Of a DNA stretch of 64,000 bases, positions 30,346 to 38,965 are shown piece by piece. A program made the translations under genes and the position numbers. Below the pieces are notes generated by a model, which saw nothing but the letters and a program-made list of their open reading frames with translations, did not search any database and had not been told where the DNA came from. Position 1 is the first letter of the stretch; every line of letters begins with the position of its first letter. Origin of the DNA: a virus; the IMG/VR virus record IMGVR_UViG_3300040801_003693, positions 1-64,000 of that record; one strand, written 5' to 3'.

Positions 30346-30924
30346 TTACTTAACAGTTTTCTTGCGACCCGATTTAACCACAGCTTTTTCTTCCACTTCT
30401 TTACTACCCTGCTTGACTAAACCAAGTCTGCGGGCTACTGCTTCTCTTAAAGACTCTTTCTTCTGAACGTTAGCAATTTCTGCTGCTTCAGAAGTAATAT
30501 CATTAAGATCGTCCTCCATTACAATATCGTCTGGCTCTTCTACTTCTAAAAATGTAACTCTATTAATAATCACGTTCAAAGATTTGTGCCCCCTTTCTGG
30601 ATGAATCCCTTCAACAGGTCTTCCTAATTTACGACATTCAAACACTAACCCGATTAAAGGATTAGTTCCAGCATTAGCATAGTACTCTGCTACTTCTGCT
30701 TCTACAGTTTCAAAATCATCCTGAGCAATCATTACGGTACAAGTTATCCCATAATATGAGTCCCCTATATTTTTGGTTTCTACACCTGAAGAGGTACGAA
30801 CTTTTTGAGTTTGCTCTGCATCATAAATAGTTCCAGTTAAAGTAATAGAACCATCTTTTGCTTTACCAAAACTTAGAGTTTCTTTATTGTTGTGCTTGAT
30901 GCATTGGATAGATACGGTAGCCAT
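30346..30924 (-). CDS. hypothetical, probable distant paralog of 31054..31485 (OB-fold-like)
   Basis: LEVEE...EDDLNDITSEAAEI vs VEVEE...EEDLEILKEAAAI. Confidence 0.55.
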   Translation of the reverse strand: MATVSIQCIKHNNKETLSFGKAKDGSITLTGTIYDAEQTQKVRTSSGVETKNIGDSYYGITCTVMIAQDDFETVEAEVAEYYANAGTNPLIGLVFECRKLGRPVEGIHPERGHKSLNVIINRVTFLEVEEPDDIVMEDDLNDITSEAAEIANVQKKESLREAVARRLGLVKQGSKEVEEKAVVKSGRKKTVK

Positions 30925-31053
30925 AGTTTCAGTTCCTTTTAGTTAAATAAACATTCTTTCATTATGAAACGAGGTAAATAATTATATTTACCTCGTTAAA
31001 CAGTTATAAAGTTGACCATAAAACTACAGCAAACTTTATATCTATTTGATTAA

Positions 31054-31485
31054 CTAAACCACTTCTCCTAATAATAAATCTAGGATTACATTGAACCATT
31101 TCTTCTGAGGCTTAACTGAACAATTCTTTTTGTTCTGATTTCTTCCCTCACTAGTTATTGCAGCGGCTTCTTTTAATATCTCTAAATCTTCTTCATTCCA
31201 AATACTTTCCTCTACTTCTACTCTACTGAAGTAAGGAATGATGCGTAATGTATCTGAAATGTTTACTATTTTCTGAAACTCTACTACTAAATCGACTTCG
31301 TACTCTCGACCCGCAGCAGCAGCCTGAAAAGAATATTCAAACTCTTTCCTTTTAAATTTTGCAACATATATTATATATGTTACCTTATCTAATCTTGCCT
31401 TAAAATAACTTTTCCCTGACTTACTCACCTCCATTTTGGGTAAGTAGTTCTCTTCTAACACTAACTTAAATCTTAAATTTTCCAC
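31054..31485 (-). CDS. hypothetical, probable distant paralog of 30346..30924
   Basis: shared block described for 30346..30924. Confidence 0.55.
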   Translation of the reverse strand: MENLRFKLVLEENYLPKMEVSKSGKSYFKARLDKVTYIIYVAKFKRKEFEYSFQAAAAGREYEVDLVVEFQKIVNISDTLRIIPYFSRVEVEESIWNEEDLEILKEAAAITSEGRNQNKKNCSVKPQKKWFNVILDLLLGEVV

Positions 31486-31855
31486 TAAACTTGCTCCAAT
31501 TAAATAATTCTAAATATTTTTTACATCTTTGCAATAATAATTCATATTGCATTCTCAATGTCTTGAAATAAAATAAAAAGTAATTCTCCTCCAGTTGCTC
31601 TGTATAACCCTTATTTGTTAATATCAATTCATTAATAACAACAGCAAGAAAGTTATAAACTATTATTACTAATTTACTTACTCTTTTAATTCCCTCCCAG
31701 GAGACGAGGATGATATAAGTAAACACTACACTAAGTATATAAAAGGTCTTTAATAAAAACCTTGCAGTAGCTAGAGCATCTTCAATATAACTATCAATGC
31801 TTTCGTCATTTAATAGCTCTGCTTTACTTTGATGATAAAATGTTGAAGTAATCAT
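31466..31855 (-). CDS. hypothetical membrane protein
   Basis: two hydrophobic segments. Confidence 0.55.
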   Translation of the reverse strand: MITSTFYHQSKAELLNDESIDSYIEDALATARFLLKTFYILSVVFTYIILVSWEGIKRVSKLVIIVYNFLAVVINELILTNKGYTEQLEENYFLFYFKTLRMQYELLLQRCKKYLELFNWSKFSGKFKI

Positions 31856-31947
31856 GTTATTATTTGTTGTTGATTATTGGTTTCTTAAAGCCATTAAGTA
31901 AATTACTGGCTTTAAGAAAGAGTGGTATTTCCACTCTTAAAATGTTT

Positions 31948-32223
31948 TTAAACTTTAACAGAGCGCGAAGTCTGCGGCATGGAGTACTCCACGCCGCGAG
32001 CTTCGCAAAGTATTTCTATTGCTTTCATGTACATCTCTTGATATTCTTCCCTAAAACTACTAGGGAGTTCTCTTCCTACAATTGCCATCATAATTGGCAT
32101 ACAGTTCTCCCCTTTAGCCAATTCTAAAAGCTGATTCTCAACTTGTGCATTGTTTAAATTTCCCAAAGCAATTAATAAGTTTCTCATGATTGTTAAATTG
32201 AATGTATTCCGTATTGTTTTCAT
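31948..32223 (-). CDS. hypothetical protein
   Basis: 91 aa, flanked by hairpins. Confidence 0.55.
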   Translation of the reverse strand: MKTIRNTFNLTIMRNLLIALGNLNNAQVENQLLELAKGENCMPIMMAIVGRELPSSFREEYQEMYMKAIEILCEARGVEYSMPQTSRSVKV

Positions 32224-32317
32224 AAGACCATTAACCTAAATTAATAGTCTTAAGAAAGAGTGAGTAAATAACTCCCACTCATTAATTACCGCAGGATTAC
32301 TAAATATCAATATTTAA

Positions 32318-32590
32318 TTAAAAATTTATATCTAAAGCTAATTCCAATTCATATCCTCTCTTTTCAGCTTCACATTGCTTTATAACATTATTGAAACTAG
32401 ATAACAACTTCCTCTCTACTCTACTTGCTTCTTGATAACTAACATTGAAAACTCTACCATAAGATGTAAATATCCTATAGTAACTATTTGACTTTCCACG
32501 ACCAAGATTGTATTCCATATTAACTCTTTCTATTAAAAAGTTTTCAACCAATACTTTCTTTCCACTCAAACATTTAATTAAGGTATACAT
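32318..32590 (-). CDS. hypothetical protein
   Basis: 90 aa, flanked by hairpins. Confidence 0.55.
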   Translation of the reverse strand: MYTLIKCLSGKKVLVENFLIERVNMEYNLGRGKSNSYYRIFTSYGRVFNVSYQEASRVERKLLSSFNNVIKQCEAEKRGYELELALDINF

Positions 32591-32702
32591 GGCAGTTTTA
32601 AATTTAGGTAAACATTAAGAAAGCTTTTAATATATAATTAAAAGCTTTAGTACTGTTTATTAAATTAAAGGTAGCAGCTAAATTGCTACCTCAAACATAT
32701 TC

Positions 32703-33137
32703 TTAAGTCTGCTCTTTTATCTCTAAATTAAAATTATAATCACAAACTTTTTTATTAAATCTATTTTGAATCTCAGTCGCCTTTTCTCTATCTTCTATGG
32801 AAGAATACAACTCTTCCAACCTTGTACTTCCATTAACTAAATAAGAGGCTAAAATAAATATCTTCTCAGCATGATCTGCTATAAATTTATTCTCTGAACA
32901 TTCTAATGTATCAGCTATGACACCTATCGTCTGACCAAAGGCTAAACCTCTTGCTCTTGCTATTGTAATTAAAGCTAAATAGTTTTTACTAGCTTCTTTT
33001 CTTTCTTCCCCCGGAAGAAAATGATTTATAAAAATTGCTCTACAAAGAGCTAACCTCCGATGATATTCTGAGTGCCCCACCGGATTCTGTGCTAGTAGTC
33101 TTGGATTCAGTTTCTCTCTGAAGGTTTGCATTTGCAT
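32703..33137 (-). CDS. hypothetical protein, start uncertain
   Basis: 144 aa; overlaps 33040..33240 by 98 nt. Confidence 0.5.
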   Translation of the reverse strand: MQMQTFREKLNPRLLAQNPVGHSEYHRRLALCRAIFINHFLPGEERKEASKNYLALITIARARGLAFGQTIGVIADTLECSENKFIADHAEKIFILASYLVNGSTRLEELYSSIEDREKATEIQNRFNKKVCDYNFNLEIKEQT

Positions 33138-33354
33138 TACCTTCTGTTAATAAGGATAAACGACTTAAATCTTCTACAGCAGAAAGTAGTACTATTGCAA
33201 ATTCTAACTCTGCTGCTTCATCTTTTACTTTATTATGCATGACTGAAAGATTTATTCCTCTTCTGTTACAAATCTTTACTTATTAAATTGCTGTCTTTGA
33301 AATTTACCAGAGGTAAAAATATTAGAGTTACCCCTCAAGGGGCAACTCTTTATT

Positions 33355-34008
33355 TTATACTTCTTCTTCTTCTTTTACTTCTAAAACTTCGTTCTGTTGT
33401 TCTGCGGGTACTGATTCGTCTACTGTTTCCAGTTCTTCTTCTGTGACATTTCTAGTGGGGGCACCAGAAATTTGTACGGGCTTTTGTTTGGCTTTACGTT
33501 GTGCTAGTTCTAATTTGGTAAGTCTAGAAGCATAACGTGTTTTGACAACTTTACTACGATCGAGTACTTTAGTTACCTGTGAACCATCTTCATCAGTATT
33601 AATGATGCAGTTGGAAAGTGACTCGATGGGATTTCCAGGAGTACCGTCAGGTAGTACTACATCCTCTTTTACTGCAAAGAAACCTAATACACTGACTAAT
33701 GTAAAAGGATTCTTCTTGCAAAAAGTTTGTAGTTTGCGGGCTTCACGACGATCGATACCAAATACGTTTATTACTTTCTTTGGAACGCCGTCTTCTGTAG
33801 CTTGATATCTAGCTTTGATCCAGGTACGGATACTTCCGTCTCCATACTCTCTGCTTTTGATTTCATCTACTGTGAGCCATAGCTCGTCATAGGTTTCTTC
33901 AACGTACTCGTCTAAATCCTCTAACTCCAATTCTTCATCAAGGATTTGCGCCTCAGTTTCAGAATTAGTAGTTACAGCAGCTAGATTTTGCTTGTTGTTG
34001 TTAGCCAT
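33355..34008 (-). CDS. putative single-stranded DNA-binding (OB-fold) protein with acidic termini
   Basis: KVINVFG...ARKLQTFCKK...LVSVLG resembles the SSB core (VxxWGxxAExxxxYxxKGxxVxVxG); tail EVKEEEEV. Confidence 0.45.
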   Translation of the reverse strand: MANNNKQNLAAVTTNSETEAQILDEELELEDLDEYVEETYDELWLTVDEIKSREYGDGSIRTWIKARYQATEDGVPKKVINVFGIDRREARKLQTFCKKNPFTLVSVLGFFAVKEDVVLPDGTPGNPIESLSNCIINTDEDGSQVTKVLDRSKVVKTRYASRLTKLELAQRKAKQKPVQISGAPTRNVTEEELETVDESVPAEQQNEVLEVKEEEEV

Positions 34009-34086
34009 GATGTTATTAGTTATTAGTTAAGGTGTATAGATTTGTCTGCTCCGTTTTGAGTCGGGAGCTTGACTAAAGAATTTCTT

Positions 34087-34306
34087 CTCTATCACTTGCA
34101 TCATGAATTAAGATTCAGGACACAAGAATAGAGAGTTAATCCTCTACCATTTGCATCATGAATTCGGATTCACGAATTAAGAGTAATGAATTAACTCTCT
34201 ATCACTTGCATCATGAATCATGAATCAAGAATAAAGAATTATTCCTCTATCACTTGAATCATGAATCATGAATAAAGAATTATCTCTACACATTTGAATC
34301 ATGAAT
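34087..34306. repeat. five degenerate 22-bp direct repeats
   Basis: ctctatcacttgcatcatgaat-like units at 34087, 34142, 34197, 34245, 34284 (periods 55, 55, 48, 39). Confidence 0.85.
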
Positions 34307-34309
34307 CTC

Positions 34310-34326
34310 CCCGCCCGAAGGGCGGG
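34310..34326. other. GC hairpin with GAA triloop
   Basis: cccgccc-gaa-gggcggg, perfect 7-bp stem. Confidence 0.8.
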
Positions 34327-34399
34327 TTATTCTTAGGGAGTAAAGTATAATGCTTAAATTGTTTGGGTAAAAACTAATGCCCAAATATAATTATTTATT

Positions 34400-34540
34400 T
34401 GATTACTTATTGAAGTCGGGTTCAATCAAGTAATTGTTTATACAAGATCCAATTCATTAGAGTCTGGTCTAATTAAAATAAATCAGTATATTGTCTCTAT
34501 AGAGTAGAATTATTACAGAGTCGGGTCCGTAGATAATTTA
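34400..34540. repeat. three hairpins sharing a GTCGGG/GTCTGG loop
   Basis: attgaa-GTCGGG-ttcaat; attaga-GTCTGG-tctaat; tacaga-GTCGGG-tccgta, with extended AT stems on the first and third. Confidence 0.7.
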
Positions 34541-34623
34541 AGTTAACCTAGAACAATAAAACTGTCAAGATTAAGAGACGGTTAATAATTATACAAATAC
34601 ATTAGTTGTAGATTACCTCAATA

Positions 34624-34653
34624 AAAAAGGGGGGATATAATATCCCCCCTTTT
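34624..34653 (-). terminator. intrinsic terminator
   Basis: A-run, ggggggata-taa-tatccccc, T-run hairpin downstream of the 34695 gene. Confidence 0.8.
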
Positions 34654-34694
34654 ACTTAGCGGTACTTAAACCTCCAAAACTTTACTTCTAACAT

Positions 34695-35864
34695 TTACAA
34701 ATTGTCAAGATCAAATTCATCATCATCATCATCATCATCATCCTCTGAAGTAGAAACAGTAGTAGTAATTACTGTTGTAGTAACAGTAGATTCAGTATAA
34801 ACAGTAGTATCAAGAGTTTCCTCATCAATACTATTGAATAAATCTTCAAAAGACATTTCTTCCTCCACGGGAGAAGATTGTTCTACTACAGTTTCCTCTA
34901 ATGGTTTCTCTACAGTAGACTCAACTACAGTTTTCTCCTTAGATTCCTCAATAGCAGATTCAATTACAGTTTCCTCCTCTTGCTCACGAAGTCTTTTGTC
35001 TTCATGAAGCTTTTTCATTAGGTCTAGAAAACCTTTACTTTCAAGTGGAGATATCTTTTTTGCTTCAGAAGTTTCAACTTTCTTCCCATTAAAAGCAATC
35101 CGATCGCCACTGGTTTCAATCTCCCTTACTAATTTTTCACCTCCAGTAATAAGTTCAGCATGAAGAATGTCCCGTAGCATCAATCGCAAATCTATTCCTT
35201 CATTCTTAGAGTTTTCTTTGAATCTGTCGATCATATCTCTTATGTCTACTAAGAATTGAAACTGGATATATTTGCTGTTATTAATTAACTCACACATAAC
35301 CTCCCAAGATTTCTTTTGCAACATTCTAGATTGGTTATTTGTTAAACTGCTAGAACTCCTTCCTGCTTTTGCAGTGTAAGGTTTAACGAGTTTAGCTAAG
35401 AAACTTACAGGAATATCTATACGCCAGTTAAGCTTACGGTTTGCAAGTTCAGGCATAAATATTCCAGCATTCTCATACTGGGCAAGACAGATTTCTCCAC
35501 CCTGTTTTTCTATTCCATAACCATTGGAATGGACTAACATAGGAGTTTCAAATCCTTCTTTGTTACTTCTAGTGAAATAACCCTGAAAACCCCGATAGGT
35601 AGTAGCACCCGTTTTGTTATACAGACTTAATTGGGCACGAGAAATAGATAGGATTAAAAGCTTTCCATGCTCTCTTAGCTCTTCTTTGTCTAACACCTCC
35701 GCTTTATCGATATAATAGTTAAATAATTCCTCATGTGAAAGAGGAGTTACTTTAAGTTCAGCTTCTGCTTGAACAGAGTTATCAACCTTACTATTATTAG
35801 TAGCAGGAGTAACAGTGTTGTTATTTTTAGCAGAGTTGTTAGCGAAATAGTTGCTTAAAGACAT
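34695..35864 (-). CDS. acidic-tailed hypothetical protein, paralog of 41220..42125
   Basis: start moved to MSLSNYF after the AAGGAAAA leader; GYFTRSNKEGFETP...LNWRIDI vs GFITKSGKAGIQTP...INWKFNL; ends DDDEFDLDNL. Confidence 0.7.
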   Translation of the reverse strand: MSLSNYFANNSAKNNNTVTPATNNSKVDNSVQAEAELKVTPLSHEELFNYYIDKAEVLDKEELREHGKLLILSISRAQLSLYNKTGATTYRGFQGYFTRSNKEGFETPMLVHSNGYGIEKQGGEICLAQYENAGIFMPELANRKLNWRIDIPVSFLAKLVKPYTAKAGRSSSSLTNNQSRMLQKKSWEVMCELINNSKYIQFQFLVDIRDMIDRFKENSKNEGIDLRLMLRDILHAELITGGEKLVREIETSGDRIAFNGKKVETSEAKKISPLESKGFLDLMKKLHEDKRLREQEEETVIESAIEESKEKTVVESTVEKPLEETVVEQSSPVEEEMSFEDLFNSIDEETLDTTVYTESTVTTTVITTTVSTSEDDDDDDDDEFDLDNL

Positions 35865-36000
35865 TATGATTTTCCTTTTGATAAGTGTGTTAAGGATTAA
35901 CCTCACCAAAAGAAAAAGGGGACATAAGTCCCCTTTTTTTATTAATTACTTACGTAAAGCTCGACGGGGGAATCTTCCCTCGTCAGACTTTACAAATGCA

Positions 36001-37281
36001 TTACATATTATCGAATGCATCTGGCTCTTCATTATTATCAGAACCTTTTACCTTAGAACGTACAGAAACAATTCTATCCATATAGGATATAATCTTTCTA
36101 GTAGAAATTTCCATTAAAGAATCTCCACTAAAATGTTTTTGCACAAACTTTCGGTCGAGAAAGTTGATTAAAGCTTTCTTCTGCGCCTTGTGATGAATTG
36201 CACTTATACCAAGACCTTGTGCAGCACGACGATGAATCATACATAAGATAGCCAACTGTTTAACCTCTTCAGCATTAAATCCCGAAAAGGTATAAGCCAT
36301 TAGATTTGGACACTTCTTCTCATTGAAGTTTCCACGCTCTAATAACTTGGCGATCGCACACAAGTTAAACGCACATCTGATTAATTCAAATACCTCCGTA
36401 GTTTTACATTTGTCAGTCCAGTTTTTACCAAATACTGCTTTCCATTCTTCCTCCGGCGAAGAATAATTCTCGGACTTATACTCTCCACGATACTCAGCGC
36501 TGTACATATTAAACAAGAAAGTTAATATCTCTGGGTTCATACCACCCAAAGGACCCCCCTCATACTGTCCTAACTCAGCAGCAATAAAAGCATTTGGGAA
36601 TGCTTTCAAGTATTTGGTACCGAATTTTGTTTTTAGTTCAGCGGATTGAACTGTTAACCCGTGAAGAAACAGTAAAGCAGACATCATTCCAAAGGTTAGC
36701 GGAACACCCACTAGTTTGTAGTTAGTGACTGTTTTAGAAAGATTGTCCTCCAAATCTTTGCAAGTAAAAGCAGCACCAGGAATACCTCCCCATTTGCTAC
36801 AATCAATGCTATCTTTTTGGACATCATAATCCTTACTAGCTTTCTCTAACAGTTGTGTTAGAGTGAGCCATTTTGTAGATACGCATTTCTTTGTATCTTT
36901 AGGACTTTGATAATAATCCCCAAATATTTCCCAATTCTCCGGAGAGCCGTGGATAATATGTGAAGCACGTATACCGTGGATACTTCCTTTGGGAGCTAAT
37001 CTTTCTGCTGTCTTTGTAATGAATATATCCTCTAACTCTTCATTTGAAATACACTGCATACTATTCTCAAGCATATCGTCAATTTTAAATTCAGAATGCC
37101 GCTTTAGTTCTGGTGCGGCTGATTCTTCTTCTAAATCAAACATCCATTCGTCAACAAAATTATCGATTGCTACTTGAGCATTTACCTCACCTAGAGGATT
37201 TTCTAAATGTGTAGCAAAGTTATTAATTAAGTCTTCAAAGGATTCGGAAGAGTTGTTGGAATTGTTATCGTGATTAGACAT
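36001..37281 (-). CDS. hypothetical, candidate RNAP-associated subunit
   Basis: 426 aa in the RNAP-like cluster; ends PDAFDNM. Confidence 0.65.
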   Translation of the reverse strand: MSNHDNNSNNSSESFEDLINNFATHLENPLGEVNAQVAIDNFVDEWMFDLEEESAAPELKRHSEFKIDDMLENSMQCISNEELEDIFITKTAERLAPKGSIHGIRASHIIHGSPENWEIFGDYYQSPKDTKKCVSTKWLTLTQLLEKASKDYDVQKDSIDCSKWGGIPGAAFTCKDLEDNLSKTVTNYKLVGVPLTFGMMSALLFLHGLTVQSAELKTKFGTKYLKAFPNAFIAAELGQYEGGPLGGMNPEILTFLFNMYSAEYRGEYKSENYSSPEEEWKAVFGKNWTDKCKTTEVFELIRCAFNLCAIAKLLERGNFNEKKCPNLMAYTFSGFNAEEVKQLAILCMIHRRAAQGLGISAIHHKAQKKALINFLDRKFVQKHFSGDSLMEISTRKIISYMDRIVSVRSKVKGSDNNEEPDAFDNM

Positions 37282-37333
37282 TGTAATTTTCCTTTTGTGT
37301 TAAATTTTATGTACGTTTAACCGTACTCAAAAA

Positions 37334-37446
37334 AAGAGGGAGACTAAACAATTAACAATTATCAATTAACAATTATCAATGTAAGAATTATTTTCCTTTA
37401 TTGTTAATTGTTTACTGTTTATTGTTAATTGTTTTATCTCCCTCTT
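37334..37446. repeat. STRR-like heptamer palindrome inside a terminator hairpin
   Basis: aagagggaga (CAATTAA/CAATTAT)n ... (TTGTTAA-type)n tctccctctt. Confidence 0.85.
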
Positions 37447-37486
37447 AATTGCTAGTAATAAAATTTACTAGCAATCGTTACAAAAA

Positions 37487-38785
37487 CTACATATCGTCTG
37501 GGTCGAATTGAGCTTCACCACTTGTACCTACACGATTAACGAGGGCACAACGGTTAAAGATTTTAGTAACTTTATCCACCGCACGCTCAAACAAATGCAG
37601 TTTCATTCCCTTATATTCGATAAGAGAAATACCAGTAGCAAGCGCTGCTAAACCAGAACGTATATCATCTCCCTGGTGTTGAGGAAATGATACAATACCA
37701 AAATAATTTAGCAGTCTATAAAGTTCTACTACCGCCTGGGGAGACGATGCATTACTTATCTCAAAACCTATACCTCCTGTTGAGTGATATTTAAAGTTGA
37801 TATCAAGCATTCCATCTTTGGAATACTCAATACATTCATTGAAAGTAGATTTGTTCCCATACATTTGTATAGGAGTTGCAAGGTTAGTACCCTTTTGTCT
37901 TAGTAAGTAACCAAAACTTTTACGAGTCAAACCAGACTTAAGTAACCCAACGAGCATATTACCCCACAAGTCGTGAGATTCCATGAGGAACCCAAAATAA
38001 TTTTCAGGTGTAGTTTCGTTGTCTACATTTGCGATGTAGTATCTATTACGAGGTACAAAAGCGGGATTAATTATCTCAAAAGAATTAGCATCCCAACGCA
38101 ACCAAATCAGATAACCAAAGCTTGTGATAGCAAAGATATCTGGATCTTTTGGATCTACTTTTACCGCAATGGATTTAAAGTAATCTCTCCACATTTGATA
38201 GGGAAGATTCATAATCTGAGAGCGAACCAAGTCCGCATTCGTGATTAAACTTACTTTCTTAGCAGCAATACATTCGGGAACTTTTTCAGGAAGCTCCTTA
38301 ATGATAATTACTCCTTCCTCTGCGGCTTCTTCGTAGCCATAGATTACTTGGGCATTCATACCTTCAAAGAATGCTGTCTCTGCATTTTTATCGGCATTCT
38401 CATCTAGCCAATAAAGTTTATGTTCAACCCAAGCTTCGACAATTGCTGGTGGAACTAAGTATCCTTTCTCCGCTTTGACTATTTCCATCCATCGCAGAAC
38501 AGCGTTAAGCTTAGCTATCCCTGTTTCTTCTAAAAGTTTAGGATCGCAAAACTGAGAAAAGATTTCATAGTCAATAGGAGTGTAAGACATTTCCACTCTT
38601 TCAGCCTTCATTTCTTCGGGCTGGTCTTCGTCGTATTCTACAGGTAAATCCATGAACAACCCATACCACCATGCTTCTAAAGCAGTGATGTCTATACTAC
38701 CTTCATCAAAGCGATCCATAATTGAGTCATATAGATCGACTAAAGTTTCAGCAATACCGTTAGATTGATTGTCTAAGTTAGCCAT
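37487..38785 (-). CDS. hypothetical, candidate RNAP-associated or C-terminal subunit
   Basis: start moved to MANLDNQ (GGAG SD); LFERAVDKVTK; ends QFDPDDM. Confidence 0.65.
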   Translation of the reverse strand: MANLDNQSNGIAETLVDLYDSIMDRFDEGSIDITALEAWWYGLFMDLPVEYDEDQPEEMKAERVEMSYTPIDYEIFSQFCDPKLLEETGIAKLNAVLRWMEIVKAEKGYLVPPAIVEAWVEHKLYWLDENADKNAETAFFEGMNAQVIYGYEEAAEEGVIIIKELPEKVPECIAAKKVSLITNADLVRSQIMNLPYQMWRDYFKSIAVKVDPKDPDIFAITSFGYLIWLRWDANSFEIINPAFVPRNRYYIANVDNETTPENYFGFLMESHDLWGNMLVGLLKSGLTRKSFGYLLRQKGTNLATPIQMYGNKSTFNECIEYSKDGMLDINFKYHSTGGIGFEISNASSPQAVVELYRLLNYFGIVSFPQHQGDDIRSGLAALATGISLIEYKGMKLHLFERAVDKVTKIFNRCALVNRVGTSGEAQFDPDDM

Positions 38786-38834
38786 GTGTTTCTCCAATAT
38801 ATTTGTTTATGTGCGGTTTAATGCACTCAGAAAA

Positions 38835-38943
38835 AAAGGGGGTAATCAATTAACAATAACCAGTAAACAATTAACAATGAAGAAAAATTTTTCTTGCATT
38901 GTTTATTGTTCATTGATAATTGTTAATTGGTTTGTCCCCCTTT
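38835..38943. repeat. STRR-like heptamer palindrome inside a terminator hairpin
   Basis: ggggg...caattaa caataac cagtaaa caattaa caatgaa...inverted copy...ccccc. Confidence 0.85.
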
Positions 38944-38965
38944 ATAACTAACGCGCTCACTATCT

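Noticed and set aside
32703-33240. Frameshifted single gene from overlapping ORFs 33040..33240 and 32703..33137
   Set aside because: No paralog or motif shows continuity; cannot be decided from the sequence
34087-34306. CRISPR mini-array
   Set aside because: Repeats are degenerate, spacers are unequal (33, 33, 26, 17 bp) and resemble each other and the repeat (catgaat, aagaat); no cas genes in the window
34718-34745. (cat)n trinucleotide run
   Set aside because: It simply encodes the poly-Asp tail of the 34695 protein
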